Origin: Octopus sinensis
Taxonomy: Eukaryota
Assembly: GCF_006345805.1 (NCBI RefSeq)
Contig: NC_043010.1
Location: forward strand, 29,264,001-29,328,000
Direction of reading: 5' to 3'
Length of the DNA stretch: 64,000 nucleotides
The notes below the pieces were generated by a model, which saw only the letters and a program-made list of their open reading frames with translations, did not search any database and was not told the origin of the DNA. Positions within the stretch are counted from its first letter, which is position 1; the number at the start of each line of letters is the position of its first letter. The position numbers and the translations under genes were made by a program. This document shows, piece after piece, positions 1-13,207 of the stretch.

Positions 1-168
1 CTGCTTGAGAGCCCTCGTCGAATCTTCAGCTGCTGATTGAGGGTCAGCATAAATCTTAGTGCAGCTACTGAAATCATATTGTTGTTGTTGTTGCTGCTGC
101 TGCTGCTGTTGTTGCTGTTGCTGTGGGTTTCCTACTGAGGCATATACACCGGAATGAGCAGCATACAT
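1..168 (-). CDS. N-terminal 56 codons of a protein-coding exon running off the window edge; polyQ(15); product unknown, possibly another zinc-finger gene
   Basis: The reverse strand from ATG at 168 reads open to the edge: MYAAHSGVYASVGNP-Q15-YDFSSCTKIYADPQSAAEDSTRALKQ, with mixed CAA/CAG codons. It is absent from the ORF track. A candidate acceptor lies upstream at about 1073. Confidence 0.65.
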   Translation of the reverse strand, partial: MYAAHSGVYASVGNPQQQQQQQQQQQQQQQYDFSSCTKIYADPQSAAEDSTRALKQ

Positions 169-1072
169 TCTTGTTTTGTTATTGTTTTATGTTCTTATAA
201 ACTGTTTCCTAATAAAATTGTTTCGAACATTTGTACATTTGTAGTTACAATGTCTAACTATACCAAAGTGTGCTTTTATCATAAAAGTGCACAAATATAA
301 ATATAAAGGTAAACACAAACTTAAATATTTATAGACATGTATGTTTGTGTATGTGTGTGCATGCATGTATGTTTATGCAGAGTATATACATATGATGTGT
401 TCAGATATTCTCTAAACCTACACGCTTTGTATGTATGTATAATTACAATACTGAAACCCAGATCCAAGCAAATCAAAATAAGTTTCTGGAATTCTAGATA
501 AATGTCATCAATCAGTCTATCAGAGGTTCTGGTTCCTACCAGTTGTGTTCTGGTGTATATAAAGCAAAAAATAATTTATCTTTATCCAATATACTTTTAG
601 TAAAAAAACGTTATATTTGAGCAAAAGTTTGGATGAAAATATAATGTAATAGTTTCTGCTCTAAAAATATTCTGTAGGGTCTATGAAACAATGAAGCATT
701 AGATGGATGAGGTGGTGATGAAAAAGGGATTGGTAAAAAAGGTGAAACAGAGAAAGAGAGATGGGGTAGAAAATGAAAACAAAAGTATAATAATGGAATG
801 TCACCAAAAGGTAAGAAGCCCCAAAGAACAAAATATGAAAATATTTAGTTATGTTTTCCGTGCCATTATTTTGAACGAATTTGTTATTTACATGTGGCAA
901 GGTGGTGGTGAGGAGGAGGAGGCTGTTCTGTTACACTGGAAGCATTTGTCTTTGAGTATACACTCAAGTCATTACAATTTTTGCACACAACAGGAATACT
1001 CTGGAGACTTCTGGGCTGGAGTAGTTTCTTAGGAGTAGCAAAGACTGGGTTTTCATCTTGTGTCAGCCATGT

Positions 1073-1092
1073 CTGTTAAAAGGAAAGAAAAT
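1073..1092 (-). promoter_or_regulatory. Candidate 3' splice site for the long 5'UTR+CDS exon of the polyQ gene
   Basis: The minus strand reads TTTTCTTTCCTTTTAACAG|AC (polypyrimidine tract plus CAG). Confidence 0.5.
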
Positions 1093-2477
1093 GTGTGATA
1101 ATAAATATTTCCATAAAAATATACTGCCTTTCTTTCATATGACTTGTTCCATCAACTGCCTACATGCACCATAGATGATGATGATGTTGGTAGTGGTGGT
1201 TTTAGTGATAACATAGTGAAGGAATACACAAAATGAGAGATGACTAATCTCAACACTTGCTATGGTATCTCAGCTCAACATCCACCACTGTTCTTTGTTA
1301 CATCAACCGACCCACTATGGATGTTTCTCACCTGACACACATAACACCAGGGGAACAAAAATTATACATATTTATTATGTTTACTAAAACTAAAAGATAT
1401 CTAGATCTTAAATTTTCATTTCTCAATTACCACAATCTATTGTCAAACTCAGCATCATTAAAAAAGACTTTTCTATAAAGAAACAATAAATATAAGGACA
1501 TTTTTTTTTTAAATGGTATTCCCAAGGGTTCTGTAAGAATAAAAATTGTCCCTTTGGTAAAGCAAGTTATTTCCACATGCCTAAAGTTTTGTGCAGTTTA
1601 TTAATATGAAATAATCTGGTTTATGAAACTTGCAATTATAAGACATAACACACTTCTAATGCATTGAGCACTTAGTGATTTCACATGAAAACACAAGAAT
1701 GGCTGTGGAGATACTACGATATATCTTGGGCAAGTATCCTCTGCTATACCTCTAAGTTAATCAATACCTTATCAGTAAAATTATGGAAAAATGTGTGGGT
1801 GTTCATATATATGTCTGTGAATGCATACATTTTGTACTGTGTTGACATTCCTTATGAACAAATCACTATGAAGCTCTATGCCTCCAAAGACAAGTGGAAT
1901 AAAAACAAATCTTACTTGAGAAACAGTATATATATAAAACAACAGAAAGTTCATTCAACTGTAAAATACTGCCCCAAGAATAATTCTGCCCAATCCATGG
2001 TACATAGAAAAAAATGTACAGTAAAGAAACATGTTTTATGCATACACATATATATGATGTAATGATGGCAATTTCTTTACATCCGAAGAACACGAGGAAG
2101 AGTGACATGTCCTCAAATAGCAATGTAAAGCAATCTTTGATATCACAAGGCTTTTCTTCCTGCCTGCACTGAGCAGTTTCGAAACTGAGTCAGTCAGCAC
2201 AATTCAATCTCATTCTTTAGAACTAAAGATATGATCACAATGACTCAGTGGGCTGAGATGGCTGCAGTAACACTGGAGTGGCTTTCTAGGTGAAAGCTCA
2301 TCTTATCCTGGAGTTGCTGGAAGGACAGCAAAGAAGACACTAGATATCGAACAGACCCTACTCCTTGATATACCTTCAAGGTTGACTCCCTAAACTTTTC
2401 TTTTCCTAAGGCACTCATAAGGCAATGAGGGTTTGTGCTTGGAGTTTCCAGAGCATATATATATTGAGCGAAAACTT

Positions 2478-2680
2478 TATTGTTTATTGAGCGAAAACAC
2501 CTAAAACTCCATGAGGCTCAGGTAGAGGGTGGTGATCCCTGCTGTACTCTCCGTCACTCTTTCTTCTGTTGGCCTGCTCGCTTAGCCACCGGGGTGGCGT
2601 CATTCGAAGGCTAAAACAATGCGAACGCATTGTGACCAGCGATGTGTAGCAACATTTGATGGTCTGGTCGGTCATGTGAT
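2478..2680 (+). mobile_element. 5'-truncated SINE, family C
   Basis: Matches the body of the copies at 11725-12012 and 46755-47027 (ccctgctgtactc...ggcgtcattcgaaggctaaaacaatgcgaa...gtcacgtgat). A TA tract follows. Confidence 0.75.
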
Positions 2681-2690
2681 ATATATATAC

Positions 2691-2741
<51 letters not shown>

Positions 2742-3092
2742 TATGTATGTGTGTGTATATGTTTGTATGTAGGACAGTTGTGTAAAGAAGTATGTCGGTA
2801 GATGGAAACTCAAAGAAGCCTGTCATATATATGTTTGTGTGTGTGTATGAATTTGTATTGACATTGCATGATGGTTGTAAATGAGCATCACCCTCATACC
2901 AATAATGTCATTCATTTCCGTGAAAAGCACGTCAGAAAATGGGGAAATATTAACTTGCTTGGAAACAAGTGAGAGTTGGCAACAGAAAGGGTGTTAGGTA
3001 AAAAAAAAATCTGCCTTGAATTCCATCTCTCCCATACAAGCATCAAAAAGTGAATATGAAAACAATGATGACACACACACATATATTATATA

Positions 3093-3270
3093 ATAGGGAG
3101 AGTTTACGAAAAAAACAAAAGACGAAGACAGGTGGTGTACAAAACAAACAGATGTATTAGTATAACACTCAGGAATAGAAAAAGTCTTTTATGTTTCGAG
3201 CCTATGCTCTTCTACAGAAAGGGACACAGAAAAAACAAGGAGAGAAACAAAATGTGTGTAGTGGCTATCA
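3093..3270 (-). mobile_element. Penelope-like terminal repeat fragment with a variant hammerhead-like motif (3186-3221)
   Basis: Near-identical to 27510-27702 in the opposite orientation. Contains CTTT-CTGTAGA-A-GAGC-ATAG-GCTC-GAAA-CA-TA-AAAG. Confidence 0.6.
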
Positions 3271-4679
3271 TGGCGACTGACTTCGGACAGAAGGGTCACA
3301 CACGAAAGGGAAGAAATAGGGGAGATAACAAAGTAAGGATGACCCCCCAACATGAAGGTGCGTGTGTTTATAAGAGAGTATGTATGAGCGTGTGAAAGAG
3401 GGCTGGTGGTCTGGACGTATGCGTGTATGTATGTGTAGGTGTGAAAAAATATATATATATAATCAAACCTGCTTGTACTTGATATACTCTACAATCAGCC
3501 TCTCTCTTTTGAGCCACTGATTATTGATGTCCACCACTCTTTCCTCCCTTGTACTACCTCCCACCCCCCGTCACATCCTTTCTACACTTATACTCTTTCC
3601 CTTCACTTATCCATCCTGGTTTTTTCTTTGGTCAACCCTCATGCTTCTACTCTGCATCCTGCTCTGTCATCTTGCCTTCAGTGAACAAATGTATTAGAAA
3701 GCAACTGAGGTTTCTTTAATTCTATGAGATACAAGATAACACCATTGGTGTATGTGTGTATATTTAACAGCATTCTGTACATCTTACTTAACATGGATAT
3801 ACTATAGAAAGCCACAAAACTGTAGTTTTGCTGGCAAACTAAATAAACTTTTGTTAACAGCAGCTTCCAGGTAGGGCATCCATCTGTAAAATAATGCTGC
3901 TATGGGAAAATCATCATCATCATTGTTTAATGTCCACTTTCCATGCTGGCATGGGTTGGATGGTTTGACAGGAGCCTGCACCAGACTTCTGTGTCTGTTT
4001 TGGCAGGGTTTTTACAGCTGGATGCCCTTCCTAACACCAATCACCCAGCAAAGTGAACTAAAAAAAATGGACATAAAACACACACACACACATATACATA
4101 TATATACACACACACACATTATTTATATTAAATTGGGTTGTTTCCCTTACCACCACATTTAATTTCCTAGCGTTCCCATCTATTTGAGTTTCTTTATTCT
4201 GTTTAAAGTTATTATGCTTCAAATTCAGTGTGCTATTCTGGTTGTAATTGCTTTTTTGAAATTTCGATATTATTTTAACATGATATGCTGCCACAATTTG
4301 TGCAATATTACGGCTAAGACAATACCTGATCTAATTTTATGTCAATTAAAAATTTTGTAATATTTGTGGTTTCTTGGAAAATATTTTTGAATGGATATAT
4401 TAAACAATTGTAATTTACCTGTTTACCAAATGGAACGATTAGCCATAAAGTATTCTTCAAGTTAAGATCATAATTTTGATGCTTATACCTGGTTTTTGAA
4501 GGAGTAAGTATTCTCTGATTTCGATCCATTTTAAAGTTAAAGAACTTTATTGGATTTATATGTTAACTGTTGAATAACATATTTTGAATACTTAACTGAG
4601 AGCAAACTGGTAATCGTTTTGGAGTTATCCCTTACTTTTTACAAATATTTTGCCATCCCAATCACGAACTCCAGTCTCC

Positions 4680-5700
4680 TGAAATCAGGTTTCAGCATCT
4701 CTTCCTATGGTTTCACTTTCATACATTCCTCTCACTTGAATCATTCAAAACGTTTTTACACAACTGTCCTTCTCCATATATGTTACATGTTTATACTAGC
4801 TCAGCCTTCTCTTTTGTGCACTACATCTAATTCTTACACTCCATTTTTGCTCAACTAATTTGCGCCGCACCATTATTGCATATTAACATTACACAATCTC
4901 CCCGAATTTCTTTCCAGCACTTACATATCCTCTGCATTCAATGCCCATGTTTTGCAGCATTGCATTCGCATGCATGTATCATACAATATGCTTTTCACCC
5001 TTTGTCGCCTGTAAAGGTAGTAGTATTCTAAACATTCCCTACTATTCTTTCTCTGGATACTTCGCCTTCCAGACACCCTCCTCAACTGTGCATAAGGTCA
5101 CCTAAACAATATAAGCTACCAGCTATGACTAAGGAGCCCCTAAACATTTCAAAACATCTATATTATCAGTGCTCTAACTTTTAACTCCTGCACATGTGCT
5201 ACATTTAATGTCCATTTCTGTCAGCTTGCCTCTCATCTCACTGCAGTATATGCATAGTCTACATTGGATACACTGTCTACTTAGGCTGTCTTTATAGGCA
5301 AAGCAATGCTGGTTAACACAGCATACATAAATTAGCATTATGCTCTACCCCTAAAAGGTGTGGAGACCCCAAGCAAGAACTCATGCCCATAAGCTATTGA
5401 ATTATCAGTCATCAGCTCTACTTCATTAAGGATATCGAGTCAGGAAAAACTCATACTCTTTTCCTGTAAATCAAGCATGGCCATTGTACAGACAATACTT
5501 TAGTCCTGTTATGCTTCCATGCTACCCAATACTCTTATCTTTGCTTACATGTTTAGCATTTCTTCTCTAATTCTTTAATAGATTTAGCTATGAGAACTAA
5601 GTCATTGGTATACAGAAGCTGCGTCAGATAGCTGGTCTTAAACTCCTATTATTGCATGGAAGAGACTGAAAACCAAGCTCCGATGGACATCTACTTGCAT
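4680..5700 (-). pseudogene. Decayed RTE-type LINE reverse transcriptase/thumb fragment
   Basis: Minus-strand remnants TKVL..WPC..RK and QCIQCRLC..GKLT resemble the RTE ORF at 62852-63892. Many stops and frameshifts. Confidence 0.6.
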
Positions 5701-6937
5701 GCATAGCTTCCCCCATCCATCGACACCACCTTTTATCAGTAGCCCTCAGACAACGGAATATGCTTATTTTATTCCAAATTAGTTACATCATAATTATTTC
5801 TTCTATTTTAGTTTGATCCACCAGTTTGATAACTCTGTAGCTGTTTATTCCTAGAGCACCGCCTTTGCCTTATTAACTATTAACGAACCTTTTTTCAAGT
5901 ACCTGCGTGTGTGTAACTCGTGGGCAGCATCATGAAGACGACCCCTGATGGTCTGGTTGTTTTTCCTGACTCGATATCCTTAATGAAGTAGAGCTGATGA
6001 CTGATAATTCAATAGCTGGTCCTGTCGGGTCTCCGAAACAGTTTTCTCGTAGTAGCATTGTCATATCCTTTTCTACTCCGTATCAGCAAAGGTGGGTGCT
6101 CTGTTATTATTATGTACACATTTTCCCCAAACATTGTCCCAATTCCCACTAACACACTGCTCGTCAATTGAGAACACCTCGTTGTAGTACCTCCCAGCTA
6201 AGAAGAGTTAGGCGCTATTAAGCGTTGTGTATAAATGACGTTTGCTATGGGATAATATATAGACTTGTTCCACAGCGATGGCATGTAGCTACCTCCACGC
6301 TTTAATTATGATAGGTAACCCTAGTACTAAGCTAGTATTTGCTATACTGGGAGCTGTTTTTCTTTTTAATTGTCAGACTACTTTTTCAACACATCTTTAT
6401 TTTATATTGATAGTGCCCTTATTTACATAGTTTTCGTAGTTATGGCTCCAGCAAGTTAGTTCATACTCTCGGATGATACAAAACACACCTTACACTGTTT
6501 TCATTCTTTTAATATTCATTAATTTCTCTTCACCATCATAGTGAATCCTTTTCTCCCTTTTCATCTCTCTAAAGGATACTTCAACTATTACTATAATAAC
6601 CCCTATCCATGTTTTTATCGTAATTAAAATGCTGGCAGCGCTAAGTATTTTTGAAACGAAGAAAAAGATAGAGGGAAATAGCAAAGAATTACAAACACAA
6701 AGAAAGAAAGAAAGAAAATGGTAAAAAATAAAACCAATAGTGAGGAGGGGGGGTAAATACAACCATCTCCTGTAAACGGCCGATACAGAGACAGGTCATT
6801 TTTTTCTCCAGCACCTTTCTTCTTCTCGCTTACTTTCGTTAGTGGTTCATAATGTTTCATGTCTGTTAATCAGTCACGATTGTGTAATGGAAGTTAAACG
6901 AGGAAATTTTTTGTAAAGAAAACAGTTATAAAAAAAG

Positions 6938-7095
6938 ACTTACCTTGATGAAATAGAGAGAGAAGGAGAGAGAGAAAGAGTCTGCACAGGTTGAAAGTAT
7001 GAGGTGGTGGTGATGGTGAGAGGGACAGATGTGAATGGAGCAAGGGCAGATAATCTCGTAAACATCACGTAGAGGATCTAATTTCATTATCGATA
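6938..7095 (-). promoter_or_regulatory. Candidate non-coding first exon and promoter of the polyQ gene
   Basis: Consensus donor CAAG|GTAAGT (exon end 6944), a pyrimidine-rich exon body, local CpG retention and a TATCGATA palindrome at 7088-7095. Confidence 0.4.
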
Positions 7096-7618
7096 TTTTG
7101 TGCTTAATTTTATTTTTGCTTTCAAAAAATAGTCGTTTTGAAGATTGATATGATTTTGTTGTAACTTAGCTTCATCTGCAACGCTGTAATTAAATCAAAT
7201 ACATTCAAATGAAACAATTAAGAAAACAAAGAATATTAGCTATATAATCGTGCCGGAATATTTTTATGCTATTTACTGTGAGGTAAATCACCGGTGAAAG
7301 CGGTCATCCCATTGTTCTTATCCTGAACAAAGAAAAATAAAAACATGAAACACTTTTATGGTCTTTCGTTGTTTTGAACCCCCACTTTTTCTGTGTATAT
7401 TTCAACACGCAATCTCGGTGTGTGTGTCTGTATGTTAGTATATATAATACATACATACATATACACACACATATATATATGCATGTATGTATATAGTCAA
7501 TAAAACATAACAGAAAAGAAGCACACTAAAGAATAGAGCATGTGGCTTTGGTGGATGCGAAACCTTTGGTAACTCTATGACTAGAATTTAATTTATATAT
7601 ATATATATATATATATTT

Positions 7619-7675
7619 TGGTGCTATTAAGTTAGACATGGCCTGGGCCATCACTGGCCAAAACCTTTCTAAGTT
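7619..7675 (+). mobile_element. Extreme 3' fragment of the LINE family at 41791-43522
   Basis: ggtgctattaagttagacatggcctgggcca..actggccaaaacctttctaag matches about 43458-43511. It sits in a TA tract. Confidence 0.8.
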
Positions 7676-9679
7676 TATATATATATATATGTGTGTGTGT
7701 GTGTGCACATCTGCATGTATGTGCTTCCATGTAATATGTACTATAATACATATTTACAATACGTACTGAAAGACAAAATAATTAGAATCTAAGTTGTGTG
7801 TACGTAAAATCACCTTAGTATGCATGAAATAAATCATGCTGAATGGTTCAAAATCGATATTAAAATCGCTTTTTATGTGTCCATGTAGTTTGATAATACT
7901 TAGGAGTTATACCTGTATCTGTGTTTCAGTGTATTATGTTAGAGGATATTTGGCTTGGCCAAATAATTAACATGACTACGATTTGATATCCCATGAAGCA
8001 TTCTTTAAGAATACATGCATACACATTCACTGATTCAATGACTGGTCATCAGTTGCTCTAAGGCACTCCCAGGAATGGCTTTTGAAACTGATCCTATTGA
8101 CCCCAGTATTTGTTTTTAAGTTTTGTATTTATTTTAGCATTCGCTAAGGGACTGGAGACAAGTGCCATACTTGTCGACCACCGACAGATTCCAAAAAGAA
8201 CATACAAGCATATACAGAGAGAGAGAGTGGGGGGGGGGATCTTCCTGCAGTTTTACTTACAAGACATTGGTCTACCTGATGCTAAAAGACATACACTTGC
8301 CTAAGACGACATGTAAGAGCAAACCAAAACCATATAATTGCAAAATGAACTTATTAACTACACAGCCATGTGTGCTTCTTCACACACACACACACACGTG
8401 CTTTATGCTTCTTATAGTGTTGTAGGCTCCTTACAGAAACCTATCTCATTCACACACATTTAACTGAATGAAGAGATACAGGAAGTCACAAAGCACTACA
8501 TGGGCATAACAGCTACTGACTTCAATGGAAAGTACACACAGTGTATGCACACACTTCGATGCAGGCATCTAAGTGAGTGCATACAACGTGTGTAGAGAGA
8601 ATTCCACTTCTTTGCCTCATTTCCCATGGTGACTCTGTGGTCTCTGGAATGAAACCCCCAACATTGAATGGACCATCATTGACAGGGCTTCAGCAGACTC
8701 ATCAAGCGCCCACAGTTACCAACTCTGCCTCCACAAAAGACTGCTCATTCTTCACCAATCTGCAATGTCTAACAACAGGATATACGAAATCATTTGCTGC
8801 CACCAAAGGTATGCCTTCCTTGTGAATATAAAAACCTGCCACTGATACTCCAGATATACCAACTTAACATTGGTTGCACCTCTGCACTGGCTGCTCCACT
8901 ACAGAGGACAGGGTTCCTAACCATCGAAGCCTATGCAGACCTACACAAGCTGACCTCCCAACCTTGCGTATCCTGTGTGACCCCCACCTTTGCCTCCTTA
9001 GACGTAGATGTGCATACGCACATCTACGTCTATGTCCATGTAATTTTATTTTTCATCCTCCTCAACACACCAACAAATCTCAGTCCAATGCCAATTGTCT
9101 CCCACCACTAGGAATGCTGTTGCGACTACACTACTATACATCTGTCATGCCCGCATACATAAATACCAGAAGCACAAAAGTATGTATATATATATTTGTA
9201 CATACACATGCATATATGTTCTTCCAGACAAACATGGATACATTCATATGTTCACATATAAATACAAGAATGTATATACTCATGTTCACCAAGCATCAAT
9301 ACACATAGATACCCATATACATATACAGCAGGCACTGACACACAAGAATTCACATATATACACACACATACACATGCATAAACAACCAATAATGCATTCA
9401 GCTGATATACACAGTTGACATGTACTCCTTCAGATTTGTGCACGCTAGTACTCACACACAGCTGACACACAACTGCATCCATATGTACATACACCCCCAC
9501 ACATCAATGAGCTAATACTCTCAGCCCTCACTTGTATGCCAGCTTACACAGACACACACCTCCCCCACCATTGTACACATGCATAGCTGACATGCATATA
9601 GATATCAGGCATCCACAGCCATGCATTCATACATCTGGTATATGCAAATTGAGCAGATAAGGAGGTAACTATGTGGACA

Positions 9680-10322
9680 AACAAATTAAATATAACAGCT
9701 TGGGTTTGATATACAAAATATATATGTATGTATACATGCAAAATGAGAGAAAGCAAAGACTGTAGACAATCAGATGATGAATATTTAAGTATAGCTATTA
9801 TGTAGATATTTATATCAATAGATCAAACTTACACTGAGTAGAAGCAACATAGAAAATTAAAGGCGAGGAAGTAGGGTGTTATAAGCCCAACAACTGTTTC
9901 CAGGGGTTTTGGAGATCCATCACAATTTTGGTAGATGTAGTTCTTCACAATATGCAGGCCATAATGGAAGCGATCAATTCAATAAATTAGGCTTGATTTA
10001 TCCAATGTTGATTGTTTCTACTATGGCCTGCATATTGTGAAGAATTACATCTACCAACATTATGATGGATCTCTGAACCCCTGGAAACAGCTGTTGGACT
10101 TATAACACTTTACTTCCTCCTCTTTAATTTTCTATGTCGCTTGTACTCAGTGTAAGTTTGATCTATTAATATAAATATCTATATAATATTTATACTTAAA
10201 AATTCATCGTCTGAATGTCTTTGCTGTCTCTCATTTTGCATGTATTTCACCACTTCAAGAGCACACACACACACATATACATATTTTGCATATCAAACCC
10301 AATCTGTTATATTTAATTTGTT
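9680..10322. repeat. Imperfect fold-back with arms of about 300 bp and a loop of about 30 nt; probably a Penelope-like inverted terminal repeat
   Basis: The arms are reverse complements (e.g. aatagatcaaacttacactgagta / tactcagtgtaagtttgatctatt). Each carries GAAACAG(C/T)TGT. Confidence 0.8.
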
Positions 10323-10329
10323 CTTGATT

Positions 10330-10490
10330 GGCTCTTCGTTTCCACTTGTGGATGGACTGCCTGAGTATGCCTCGCTCTCTGCTGTGTTTGAAACAGTTGT
10401 ACCACTCCTTGAGCTGAATTTTGCCCATAGTATCATCGCCAAAGGTTTGCTGAATCTTCTGGATGGTTTGAACTTTTAGCAAAACTTGAT
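10330..10490 (-). pseudogene. Mariner transposase N-terminal HTH fragment
   Basis: Translation TIQKIQQTFGDDTMGKIQLKEWYNCFK resembles the mariner HTH region. Confidence 0.6.
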
Positions 10491-10739
10491 ACGTTCAGTG
10501 AAAACGAATCCTCCTACCGAAAATATTTGGCTCATGCGGCTATAGTTTCGGTCGCAATCTGATGACTGAAAAAAATAATAGTACCACTAAATTCCTTAGT
10601 AAAACTTTAAGCTAAGGGAGCTAACTCTTGTTCACCTATCATAGTAATCTGGCATTGAAACTTTTTGGTTGCTTACCTGCTAGAAATAGCAACTCAATTG
10701 CTTTAAAATCAGATCTTAATGCAGAATGTTCAAGAACCA

Positions 10740-10855
10740 AATGAAGGGCAGATTTTCACTGCCAAGATCATCCCAATCCAAAACAGGTATAATATGTCTA
10801 TGAGATACAGGGATCCCAGATGGACAGACAGGATTTCACTTTTATTAATATAGAT
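10740..10855 (-). mobile_element. Helitron-like 5' end fragment
   Basis: The minus strand starts A|TCTATATTAATAAAA followed by ctgtctgtcc, the same style as the element at 45921-46709. Confidence 0.4.
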
Positions 10856-11552
10856 AACAGTAATTTGAGAGAGATTTGGCTACTATTTCTAACAGGTTGA
10901 GCAACTATGTAGAAAATCCCTCGTAGATTTGTTACTGATAGAAATTAAATCAGTTTTGTCATTTATACAGGCTGTAATTAAAAATGATGAAATCATATTG
11001 ACACGGAGACATTATAATAAAATTACCATCACAGGAGAAAATAGAAGACGTTAAAAAAAGCAATCTCAAAGTTACATCGTTTATTAAAAGAGATGAAAAT
11101 GAAGATAAAAGTTGTGGGTATGGAACATCTGAAAAATATATAAGATATTTTCAAACATCCAATTTAATTAAATTTAGTAGTCTGCATGAAAATGAGAAAA
11201 TGTAGGTATGTTAAATTATTTTATCTATTTAGTTTTGATATTGTAATTAATGAACAATTGCATCATTAGTCACATGTTCCCTGATGAGTCAATCACTGGT
11301 TCACTGCAATTATGGTAGTGAGAGAGAAAAGGGAGTGTATGTAATTCAGTGCAGAACAAATACCGCAAGGGACTTTACTCAAAGTGCACTGCTTTATTTT
11401 CTTGCTGATATTCATATGCATCATTGATAAACATCAGTTAAGGTTAATTTGATAGACAGAACCTGCACAAAGCATATCATGTACATACAAATGTGAACAC
11501 ACACACACACATATATATAGTAAATGAAAGACGGAAGATATGAGAATTTTTA

Positions 11553-11660
11553 TTCATCATTATAATTGTTTCGACACATCTGGCATCAATCCCTAATGAG
11601 TGGGATGCTTAACCAATTCAGGAGTATCTAATGCTGCAGATGTGTCTCTTCAGGTGATAA
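11553..11660 (-). ncRNA. Type I hammerhead ribozyme fold, slightly decayed, with extended stem II
   Basis: TTATCAC-CTGAAGA-GACACATCTG[54 nt]CAGATGTGTC-GAAA-CAATTA-TA-ATGATGA. Stem II is a perfect 10 bp, stem III is near-palindromic, and the closing pair of stem I is mismatched. Confidence 0.7.
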
Positions 11661-11724
11661 ACAGATATAACTTGTTAAAATAACAGTTCCACAATGTATT
11701 TTCTCATTTTGTGTAAAGAAAAGT

Positions 11725-12012
11725 GGAGGCGCAATGGCCCAGTGGTTAGGGCAGCGGACATGCGGTCGTAGGATCATGGTTTCAATTCCTAGACTGGGCG
11801 TTGTGTGTGTTTAATGAGTGAAAAGACCTTAAAGCTCCACGAGGTTTCGGCAGGGGGTGGTGGCAATCCCTGCTGTACTCTTTCGCCGCAACTTTCTCCT
11901 GTTGGCCTGCTCACTTAGCCAGCGGAGTGGCGTCATTTGAAGGCTAAATCAATGTGAAGCACACTGTGACTAGCAATGTGTAGTAACATCTGATAGCCTG
12001 GTCAGTCACATT
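11725..12012 (+). mobile_element. tRNA-derived SINE, family C, full length
   Basis: Head GGAGGCGCAATGGCCCAGTGGTTAGG with A box and GGTTTCAATTCC B-box-like motif; other copies occur in the window. Confidence 0.8.
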
Positions 12013-13207
12013 ATCATATATATATAAATACACATATACACCACACAAATGTATACACTAACATCAGACAGTGAGAATGAGTGGTCAATACCACATGGGT
12101 GAATATTCTTTATTTCTGGGTTAACAAAGCTACCATTGGTTTCATGCAGAGAATTCTCAGCAATTATCAAACCTGCCACATTGGGTGTTGGTACTCATCT
12201 GTATCTTGGACAAAATATATATGTATGTGTGTGTGTATATATATATATATTTTTTTTTTAACAGCCAGATACCCTTCCTAATGCTAACGCTTACCTGTTT
12301 TCCAAGCAAGGGCTCTCTTATTCCATGCAGCTTCAAAGGCACAAAGCAGATGATTTATTGATAGAAGTACCAACATCAGCATTTGAACATTATGATCTTT
12401 GAATAAGAATAAATGCACATCACAGACATGTGTATGTACACAAACACATATATGTATGTTTGTTTACATACAAAAGGCCTCTTACCAGTTTCTGTCAAAT
12501 TAACTTAGAAGGCTTTGGTTGACCTGGAGAGCTAGTAGAAGTCACTTACCCAAGGTTTCTGTGCACGGGTACTAAACCTGAAATCATATGATTGGGCAGT
12601 TGACTTCTTAATACATACATATATGTGTATAACTGCTCACATTGTGCTTTGCATGAAAATGCACTGAACTATGGAAAATGATTTTGTTGACATTTTCCTC
12701 TCAACAAATTTTCTGCTAGCTCTACATATTGAAAGTTAAGTGGAATGAAAACTTCTTTACTTGAGAAACAGTTCAGTGTTAGCAATACAGACTTGTCTAC
12801 CATGATAGCATGGAAATATGGATTAAAGCAAATGAATGAATTCCATGTGAGATAAACTGGAGCCAGAAAGTTAAATAAAATAATAATTTTTTACTGTGAT
12901 GGTATTTGTTTCTTGTTTAGAGATTAAATACCTACAAATTTTTTTCTCTTGAGATTATTTTTTATTGCTTAGCCAGAAAAGAAAAAAAAATAGTGATCAT
13001 TCTCTTCTTTACTCCTTCTGAGACTAGGGGGTGGGGAAAGAAGAGAAGAAGTTATCCATAGATTAGAGAACCAGCAAGAAAGTCAACTCCACCAAAGGCA
13101 CACATGGATCAGCTAGTGGTGTTAAACTGGGTGAAAGATTTAGTTTACCACAGTTTACATAGACAGGAACCTAAACAAACCAATAAATATGCATAGTCTT
13201 CATGGTA

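Noticed and set aside
7525-7585. GAAA-CCTTTGG-TA-ACTC and similar halves (e.g. about 50578)
   Set aside because: The 5' core or stem I is missing or too decayed to call.
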